Origin: Bugula neritina
Taxonomy: Eukaryota > Animalia > Bryozoa
Reading direction: 5' to 3'
Assembly: GCA_964035545.1 (NCBI GenBank)
Contig: OZ037770.1
Coordinates: forward strand, 4,682,662 to 4,746,661
Length of the DNA stretch: 64,000 nt
In this document: positions 1 through 10,600 of the stretch, piece by piece
How positions within the stretch are numbered: position 1 is the first letter of the stretch
Layout: each line of letters begins with the position of its first letter
The notes under the pieces: generated by a model
Database searches by the model: none
Seen by the model: the letters and a program-made list of their open reading frames with translations, nothing else
Told to the model about the DNA's origin: nothing
Made by a program: the position numbers and the translations under genes

Positions 1-220
1 ACTAATAGTTTAGTTTACACTGGTTTAGGTGACTAGAGGATATAGGTACTCTGGTAGTTGTGTAGGAATTTTCACCTCACTGTCTTACTGTCATCATTAT
101 AAACCCTCTTCTAGTAATCTTCTTTTACCAGCAGTAAATATATATTAAGAGTAGAAATAGTAAGACTATGTAAGTCTCCAATCAGTACTCCAGAGTAGGA
201 GATACCAACTACAAGTCTCT

Positions 221-3200
221 TAGTCTAAAAGTAACCTCCCAAATAGTGCTCAAAAAATTGGCTTATTACACTTTACTAGGTGGCCACTCAAAAAAAGTTG
301 TTTTTAGATCAAAATTTTGTGCTGATTCTAAATCTACAAACTCTAGAATTATATCTCTACCCAAACTCAAGATATTGAAGAAAAAAATCGGCATCTTGGA
401 TGGGTGATAAAAAGAAATGTGGATTGTGCAAAATAGTATCCAATTTTACCAAGCTATGTTGAAGAAAAAATATTTGCTGAAATACCAAAAATAATTGCCT
501 CTTACTTAGAATTCTATGCTGATACTGAATTTAAAGACTGCAAGACACTATATCTCAAATGAAAACCAAGTTGTTTATATAAACATATATGTTTGTTATG
601 AATCAACATATTGCATGCGGCATAAGCATGCAGAATAATTGTATGACCAAGTTATTTATACAAAAATAAAAACAAAGTCATGCTGATGTATGAAAAATCT
701 ATATTTATAAAAGTATAGCACAAAATAAATGTTGAAATGAATAAATATTGAAATCTTTTGAGCACAGCCCAAGTGAATCATTTGCTATAGTCTGTCAGTA
801 TAGCTGTTAAACATCTGCAAAAATCAACAAGATTCTGTAAAATTATTTAGAGAAACAAAAGCATTAGAGATGATCAAAATCAAATTGGTAGTAGCAAAAT
901 ATATAACAAATGTCAAAAAATAGTGCTTCATTATGAAAAAGTATTCTCGCCATTTTTGTCACCGCCGTCAGTCTCATCAGCTACTTCTTCCCCAATATAG
1001 CCCTTCTTTTCAGACAATCCTTACTTTGACAAACATCAGTGCGCATGCACTGCATTTGGAGCTTCTGACATCCACATCTTGATATGTTGCAGCTGGTCTT
1101 ATAGGAGCAGTTTAAACTTTGCAACATACATGTTCAGGTTCAAAAGCTTGAATCATCTACTTTATATTTATGCTGCCATGACTCTCAACAATCCTTCCAT
1201 GATGTTCTGGGGTGGTGCATCAATATAGGCTGTTGTCACCCTTCTCCAAATGGCTGCCTGATAACTTGCTCTTTTTGCGTGCAAACTTAATTCATCTTTT
1301 GTTAGAGGCAAACGGACATCATCTATATTTGAATTTCCTGCTCCATAAAGTTTATAGACAAATTGTTCTACTTCAGCCGCTGTAATGGCTGGCAGTTGGA
1401 AATACTTCCAAAGGTGTTCAAAGCTTCCCATACATTCTGGATATTTTCTCAAAAGAGAGTAGGCTGTTCGCCATCCTTTTTCATAAAAAGCACTATGGTC
1501 GAATCACAACCTGTTAAAGCATGAAATCTAGTAAGTGCTGCACACAACTGCAGTCCGGATTTATTTGCTGCAATGTTGACTTCCAAATACCTAATATGAT
1601 TATGGTTTCCTCCCTATTTTTATTTTGTTATAATATATATTAATTTTACCTATATCACTGTTGTATTGATTGCTAAATAGCTAATATGCTAATAGCTATA
1701 ATATAGTAGCTAACATGAATTATCTAGAATATTATTCTATTATTTTTACGAATTTGTGTGGGACAAGAAGTAGTAATACATTAATAATAGACACTATCTT
1801 TAATGGATACTTGTTAACAAAATATCTTTTCAAACAACATGCAATATGTATAAAATATACAAAATTAATAAGTTTATGCAGATCAAAGGAATTTATTTAT
1901 GTGCTAAACAACAAGCAATTGATCCAAGTTTATTTTAATATATATACATATATTTCAGTTATATTAAAATAAATTGCACATAAAAATACTTTTTACTAAA
2001 ATAAATAACTAGTGTCTAAGTAGGAAATTTAGCCTAGTCTCTATCTAGGATGACACCATGATTACCAAACCCGTGAAAAAATATAATTGGTAAGAAGGTA
2101 ATGTTTTGCAAATAGCGAGACTTAAGATGAAAACTTCAGTGTCTTTAGATTTGATTATTACATTTGGGCTTATGATGTTCATAAGATATTTTGCATGTAA
2201 CGTACAAAGTTTGTGTACGTGCTTCCTCATGATCTAATTGTAAGCATTTGGGTTCTTTTTTCTGAAGAATTCTACCATGTTTGAAAAATTCTAGCTGAAT
2301 GCACTTTTTTTGGTATGCAACAACTATAATAACAATATCGTTCTCTAAAGTATTTTTACTCCATGTTTCACACAAAAATGCAGCAAAACGAAGCTTGTTT
2401 TATTTGCTGATAAGAAATTAATATTTTTGGGACAAATGGCATGCATGAAAAAAGTACATGCCTATGATCTTTGAATAAGGCAACCCAAGATCATTTTTCT
2501 AATGGGTGGCCTAAATATAACCATATATATTTTAAATTATAGGAAAGCTTTAGGGTATTTCTTCTGTAACTATAACTGAGCTAAATTGACTCTAGAGTCA
2601 TTATATTAAGATAGTATAAAAATATGCATTTTAACCAATAGCATTGTTTTAAAAACCAAATTGCTTATCTATATATAGTTCAGCTTAAATTTATTGGCAA
2701 AGCTCAATAATACACATTTAAAATATTATCTTATATTAGTCCAGACCACCCTGCCCATGCTTCTCATTACTTTTTTGTAAAAGTAGTTATTATAATAAAA
2801 ATCATGAAGAAAATCATTATCAGACACAGGTTTACTTATAATTCGGCTTTTTTATAGCTGTTCAATAAGAATGTTTGCCTTATAATTAAAAAAAACCCAT
2901 TTCTTTGCTTGTTTTCGTCCATTTAGTCCTTATTTTTTCAGATGTTTTCACAAGAAAATCACTAGAATGAAACTCAGAGAAGTGAAAAACATGTCTATGA
3001 TTATCTGCAAAAGTTTTTGCTTGTATATATAATAAACTAGCTTTAATAATTTCCAGATAATACTTAACAAATTTGGACAAAGTTGTGGGGAAACAACTCC
3101 TGTAAAAGTTTAAAGCACTTTTGTGACTAACTGAGCGGACAGAGAAATTTGGAGTTTTTATAACAGCAAAGTGAAAAAAGTATCTATAATTATCAGCTAA

Positions 3201-3457
3201 ATTATTTTGCTTATATAAAATAAATTAGCTTTAATAGTTCCAAGATATTTAGTCGCTTCACAAAACCGTTAAGAGAAGACAACTCCTGATTCCTTTTAAA
3301 AGTTTAAAGCACTTTTGTGGCTGACTGGGTGCACAGAACAGTCTAGAGTTTTCACAGATTAATTAGGACCCTTAAAACTCTCCATTTCTAAAAAAATTGC
3401 GTGGCCACCCCTCGGAGTGTAATGAGTGAAAGATAATTGGAGGTTACTTCTAGACTA
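221..3457 (-). mobile_element. Degenerate Academ (AcademX)-like DNA transposon, 3.2 kb
   Basis: 19-bp TIRs TAGTCTAAAAGTAACCTCC (221) and GGAGGTTACTTCTAGACTA (ending 3457), flanked by a 3-bp TSD TCT. The paralogous empty site reads CAAGTC-TCT-GTGTATG at ~45810. Minus-strand fragments FHALTGCDS, DTEVFIL, LPLTKDELSLHAKRASYQAAIW and a Cys-rich tail (~1035-1110) fit an XPG/PIN-like domain plus Cys finger. TAG..CTA ends and a 3-bp TSD fit Academ. Confidence 0.8.
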
Positions 3458-4662
3458 TCTGTTTATGTAGCCTTGTTATTTAATATAACAAATTAGGTAT
3501 AGCAGTGCATAGCTATGCTGAAGGGTATCATCTGTTATAACTGGCTGAGCATTGAACAATGGCAGACTAACGGTGATTCTATTTTTATCATAAGTATAAT
3601 TATATGAGAGGATATAAAATTCCAAGCTATAAGGATTGTCTTTATTTATCATTCTACATGCAGAGTTTCTACTAGCTTATTCATGTTTGGTCTCATTACA
3701 CATTATTTGCTATGCTAACTTGACTAAACAGAAAGTGCTATAACTTATATATGAAACGATTAAGAGTGTAGCTATAAGCTGTATGTTTTAGTGAGTTTAA
3801 ATAATTGCAAAATACTTGATTTGACAAAAGTGAACGTAGCTACTAGGCCACATGTATCAATAGCACTGCAGCTAGTAGAAGTCAGTAGGCTTGTAGAGTT
3901 AGTCATGAATGGTGGAATTTCCACATTTTGATAATTTTTACTCGTTATCCCCATCTCCTTAGACTACATAGCACTGTGTTTATATATAGTCATGTTATAG
4001 TACTTGGTCTATTTAGATAAGAGTATGTATAAGAGGCTATAAATTACTGGGTGATGATTATTTGATATAGCTCTGTTCAGCAGCAGAATATTGTGTAATA
4101 CTTCTGTCTTTGAGGAATTGCTGAAAGTGGTTTCTGCTGTTACACTATTATAACTCTCTAGCTTGTGTATTAAACCACTACTATTGAATGCTGTCACATT
4201 GTTATATTTAATTACCTTTTTGTATATTACTATATATGTGACTGTATCTAGCTTTATTTATCCCACTATATAAGTGATTGAAATATTCCAAAAATTCCTT
4301 CGATATGAGTTCTTTGCATTTTCTGTAAACTGTGTTAAATCAAATAAAAACTATCACTTTCTGTTTGAATCACAACTTATTCAACTTTAAAATGTTTGAT
4401 GCAAAGACATATTAGTAATTATTATATATTTATATAAAATAAATTATCTTAGTGTTTGAGAAAAGTATCAAACCCCCTGAAATAAATTTGTTGACCTGAT
4501 GTTTTGCTCAGCCCTTTCTGAGAAAATTTATGTACTTCAACAGTACAGAAAATAGCAGGTGACCATATTTTATTACTTCATGTATAATAAATGTTTTAGA
4601 TGGAGTTGTTACACCTTAGCTGATACTTATTACCAAGAAAGAGAATCTACTATTTGGTAGCC

Positions 4663-7600
4663 ATGGCAACAGCTGGTGAGTGAATTTTAATACTATTTTA
4701 TTCACTTATTTCTTGGAAAGCAGAAATATTCAAACTCTGAAGATATGTTGATATTATGCGACCAGAATTTAATATAATATATCTATAAGACTATTTTATT
4801 ATTACTACTGTCTATAGTACTGTTTTATGTCACCAATTAGTGTATTACTTTGAAAGTAGTAGAATAGATAAAATTATGCAAGCTGTTGGGTTAGAGTTGT
4901 CTTATCTCAACACAGTAAACACTGAACTACAAACCATACATTAAATGATTATTTAGAAAGAATAATTATAAATCTATCTAATAAAATATTTGTTACTTTA
5001 GTCATTATTCTGATTACTGAAATCCACCATATAAGAAATATATTCAATCAGTAGATGATAGGTGTCAGAATGATAGACACTACCTGCTAGCACTGTGTAA
5101 TAATCACTGCACTGTCACTGTATTATGTTACAGAGAATATGATAATCTGGTTCAGACATTCTGGACAGCCTCCTGTAAGCTGGTCAGATGTAAGGAGAGC
5201 TGATACCAAGTTATATACTACTGCTGAGGTGAAACATGAAGTTGGGAGTTATTACATCACAGATCTCAAGCTGGAGAGAACAATTCCAAGTAACATTGGA
5301 GAAATTGCGGGTAAAGCCCTGTGTCTACATGTTTCTAACCTGACTGACAGAGCAAGTCTAGACAAGTGAGTGTCTATTAAAATAGCTGTGTAAATGTTAA
5401 ACAAGTTCATTTATTAAATAATGATAATACTGCTATTTATGATGATGGATAAAATATAATGGATAATATAATATAAAATATACCTGATTGAATACACCAC
5501 TATAGTATACAGAGTACATACTACTTTTTGTGTTATTTATTAAATAATAATGGATAATAGACACTGAAGCTGAAGCATATTTTTGCTCATAATATATTCA
5601 TACAGTATAATATAAATCAACATAGTAATATGTGCAACATTGTATGTAATCCAAATGAGCTTATAAAACTGCCTCTACTGCTACTTCATAATATATGCTG
5701 AATCTAAGCATGCTTTTGCTCATAATATATGCATACAACATAATATACATCAACATAGTAATATGTGCAACAATGTATGTAATTCAACTAAGCTTATAGT
5801 TGTATAGAAACTAGGAAGTGCAAAACTGCCTCTACTCGATATCACTGACTAAATCATGTTTTATGTATATATAGCTAAAAATATGAGTAATGCACAGTCT
5901 ATAATATATTATACAAAAGACTATGTTATGCCCGCAACTGCAACTGCAAATGTTATTCAATATATTAATTTACAGAGCATTGTAGAGTGAGGCCTTGTGT
6001 ACTATAAACTGACAGCTAAGCTTGCTAAATGAAGCTTCCTCTTCCTACCTACAACATAATATTATAAGTGAAACTTTTTGTGTTTTTGTGTTACCAATAA
6101 GTGCGTTTCTTGCATATTTTACTTAGTTAAATACACAAGTAGCATGATATAATAGTATATATTATTTTGATATGGTAGACATAAATACATGACACACTTT
6201 ATATTACAGTCTATGTAAGCTGACTCAGTTAGAGAAACTAGACATAGGATGGAATCATCTCGACACAGTACCAGAAGTTGTGTCATCACTCACTTCACTT
6301 AAAGAGTTGAATATGGAAAACTGTAAATTATCTACTCTACCTGAGAGGTTTGTGGAACGCAGTCTTTCTTGTTTCAAACACTCAATAATTCACATGTTGA
6401 TATTATGCTTACCAAGTATTGGGAATTAGTATGTCACTATGTATTGTTGAAAAGCATAAAGCTGTAAATCACATATTCCTTGAGGCTATATGATATTAGA
6501 GTTTCTCAAAACTTAAAAATAAATATGTTTCAGTTATCTGGCATTACATTTCCTACTGCTATAAAACCTTCTTTAACAATTACTATAGCACCCACTTGTA
6601 GTTTACTAAAATCTAGTTCATGTTAAATGCTTTTTAGCTTTTGCTATTTTACTTTGAATTTGCCTTGTTGCAATAAATTTATTTCTTGGATATTTTACCT
6701 GATTGAATACACAAGTATAGAATACACAGTATATAATAATATCCTGATACAGTGGAATATATATATTATGCAGTTTATATTACAGTCTATGTCAGCTGAC
6801 TCGGTTAGAAAAACTACACATGAGAGATAATCCTCTCAACACAGTACCAGAAGTTGTGTCATCACTGACATCACTTAAAGAGTTGAATATGTGGAACTGT
6901 GGTTTATCTACTCTACCTCAGAGGTTTGTGTGTCAAAATAGTTATTTGTTTTGTATTAAACATTCTATATTTCACTTCTTTAATGCTTCTCAAGTAGTGT
7001 TATGCTATGATATCATAAATTGCCAACGTATGTTGAAAAACATAAACATGTATTCTTTTAACTTATCTAGTTGTTTGTCCTAACGTGGAAATAATACAAT
7101 TTTATAGTGAGCCATTGTATATCCTTATATCACAGAACTTTTTGTGATCAAAAATAAAGCAGCCCTCTCCAGTTTACTGACAATCATGGTAATAATCGAA
7201 TCTTTCTTAGCTTCTTGCGTCAAGCACTTTGACTATCCATTACCGGAATGAATTTTTTTTCTGCATTTTTTACTTGGCTGACTGTGCTTAGCAATATAAT
7301 ATGTACAGTGTATATTATTATGACACAGGAGACTACATACATCATACCCTTTATAATTATTGCAGTCTATGCCAGCTGACTCAGTTAGAGAAACTAAACT
7401 TAGGAGGAAATCCTCTCAACACAGTACCAGAAGTTGTGTCATCACTCACATCACTTAAGGAGTTGGATATAAAGAGCTGTGAATTATCTACTCTACCTGA
7501 GAGGTTTGTGGAACACAGTCTTTCTTGTTTCAAACATTCAATAATTCACATGTTGATATAATGCTTACCAAGTATTGCTAATTAGTATGTCACTATGTAT

Positions 7601-10600
7601 AGTTGAAAAGCATAAAGCTATAAATTACAATTTTCTTGAGGCTATATTGTATTTGAGTTTCTCAAAACTTGAAAATAAATATGTTTCAGTTTTCTGGCAT
7701 TACATTTCCTATTGCCATAAAAAGTTCTTCAACAAATACTATAGCACCGCTTGTACTTTACTAGAATCTATTTCAGATTAAATGTCTTTTACTTTAAATA
7801 TGCCTTGTCAAAATAAATTTTTTTTGCATGTTATACCATATTGAATACACCACTGTAGTATACACAGTACATAATATTATCCTGATACAGTGGATTGCAT
7901 ATATTATGCACTTTATATTACAGTCTGTGTCAGCTGACTAAGTTAGAGAAACTAAACATAAAATTGAATCCTCTCAACACAGTACCAGAAGTTGTGTCAT
8001 CACTCACCTCACTTAAAGAGTTGAAGATGTGGAACTGTGGTTTATCTACTCTACCTCAGAGGTTTGTGTGTCAAAATAGTTATTTGTTTTGTATTAAACA
8101 TTCTATATTTCACTTCTTTATTGCTTCTCAAGTAGTGTTATGCTATGATATCATAAATTGCCAACGTATGTTGAAAAACATAAACATGTATTCTTTTAAC
8201 TTATCTAATAGTTTGTCCTAACGTGGAAATAATACAATTTTATAGTGAGCCATTGTATATCCTTATATCACAATACTTTTTGTAATCAAAAATAAAGCAG
8301 CCCTCTCCAGTTTACTGACAATCATGGTAATAATCGAATCTTTCTTAGCTTCTTGCGTCAAGCACTTTGACTATCCATTACCGGAATGAATTTCTTTTCT
8401 GCATTTTTTACCTGGTTGACTGTGCTTAGCAATATAATATGTACAGTGTATATTATTATGACACAGTAGACTACATATATCATACACTTTATAATTATTT
8501 ATTGCAGTCTATGCCAGCTGACTCAGTTAGAGAAACTATACATAGGAGGAAATCCTCTCAACACAGTACCAGAACTTGTGTCATCACTCACCTCACTTAG
8601 GGTGTTGAATATGGAGAGATGTAACTTATCTACTCTACCTGAGAGGTTTGTGTGCCACAATAAGTTTTATATATCACTTTTAACATTCAATAATTGTTAT
8701 TTTGAAGCAGAATTTCAACACAGTAAATACTACATTAAGATGTTTATACTTTTTCTCTGCAAACCTACATATGAATCTCACCGTTGCTGGGGATATTGTC
8801 AATTAGCACACTATCTAGAAGTTTCCTCTGCTTCACAAGTTCTTTCATAGTATTTCTATATCTTTTTGAATATCTCCCATGATAGGTTGACTGGGCTGTT
8901 TTTCAGAAATCGTTTTAATAACTATTTTTATTATATTATAGTTATAGCTACTTCTGTACACATAATTTGCATATATATTATATTATTATAGTAACACAGT
9001 TTCTTTTTACTGTCTAATTGAATGCACAAGTGCTATATACAGTATCTACATAATATTATCCTGATACAGTGAATTACATATATTATGCACTTTATGTTAC
9101 AGTCTATGTAAGCTGACTCAGTTAGAGAAACTAGACATAAGTGGAAATCCTCTCTACACAGTACCAGAAGTTGTGTCATCACTCACATCACTTAAGGAGT
9201 TAAATATGGAAAACTGTAAAATATCTACTCTACCTGAGAGGTTTGTGAAACAGTCCTTCTTGTTTCAAACACTCAATAATTCACATGTTTTTATAATGCT
9301 TACCAAGTATTGTTAATTAGTTTGACAATATGTAGTGTTGAAAAGCATAAAGCTATAAATTACAATTTTCTTGAGGCTATATGATATTAGAGTTTCTGAA
9401 CACTTGAAAATAAATATGTTTCAGTTATTAGGCATTACATTTCCTATTGCTCTATAACCTTCTTTAGATAATACTATAGCACCCACTTGTGGTTTACTAG
9501 AATCTATTCCCCATTACATGCTTATTAGCTTTCGGTAGTTTACTTTGAATTTGCTTTGTTGCAATAAATTTGTTTCTTGATTATTTTTCCTGATTGAATA
9601 CACAAGTATGGTATAATATACAGTATATAATAACATCCTGATACAGTGGATTACATATATTATGCACTTTATATTACAGTCTATGTCAGCTGACTGAGTT
9701 AGAGAGACTATACATAGGATCGAATCCTCTCAAAACAGTACCAGAAGTTGTGTCATCACTCACTTCACTTGAAGAGTTGGATGTGGGGAGATGTGAATTA
9801 TCTAATCTACCTGAGAGGTTTGTGTGTCACTACAAATTGTACATCATTTTTAACGTTCAATAATTATTATTTTGTAGCAGAATTTCAGCACAGTAAATAC
9901 TACATTAAGATGTTTATACTTTTTCTCTGCAAACCTCCATATGAATCTCACCTTTACAGAGGATATTGTCAATTAGCACACTATCTAGAAGATTCCCGAT
10001 GTCACAAATAAGTTTATAGTATTCCAATATCTTTTTTGAAATGCTTCCCATGAGAGGTTGACTAGGCTTTTCTTAAGAAATTGTTTTATCAAACCTTTTC
10101 ATTATATTATAATGATTGTTACTTTTGTACCCATAATTGGTATATATTGTAGTAATTTTAGTAATTACTAGTTTTGTGGGCTTCTAGCGAGCAATATCTT
10201 TATATTATCTTCCAATAACATCACGGCTTGTAACAGGAATGAATGATTTATTAATACGCAGTAAAAGTATTAGCCAAACGATACATCCAGTATCAAGGGT
10301 AAAAATATACATCTATCTTACACTAACTAGCTATCACACTCTGAGTATGGCTGCTATCTACATCCGGCGCCCTCCGCGCATCGCTGGGGGTCTCATGTGA
10401 CGGATATCGGATTGGCTGGGGAGCACGTGGGATAACATACTACACTCCCCACTACACTGCCCCCCACCACAGCAGGAAGCCCACCTTCCTGATAATGCCA
10501 AAATAAAAAAATAAAATAACAACAAAAAAACAATAAGATATCTGCATCACCAGATCAAAATTTATACTTAGGCCAACGGTTTATTAAAAAAAAACATCTG

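Noticed and set aside
6210-9817. Regularly spaced near-identical repeats with variable intervening DNA, superficially CRISPR-like
   Set aside because: The repeats are 138-bp coding exons with AG/GT splice signals, and the 'spacers' are ~420-460-bp homologous introns. There are no cas genes and the context is eukaryotic.
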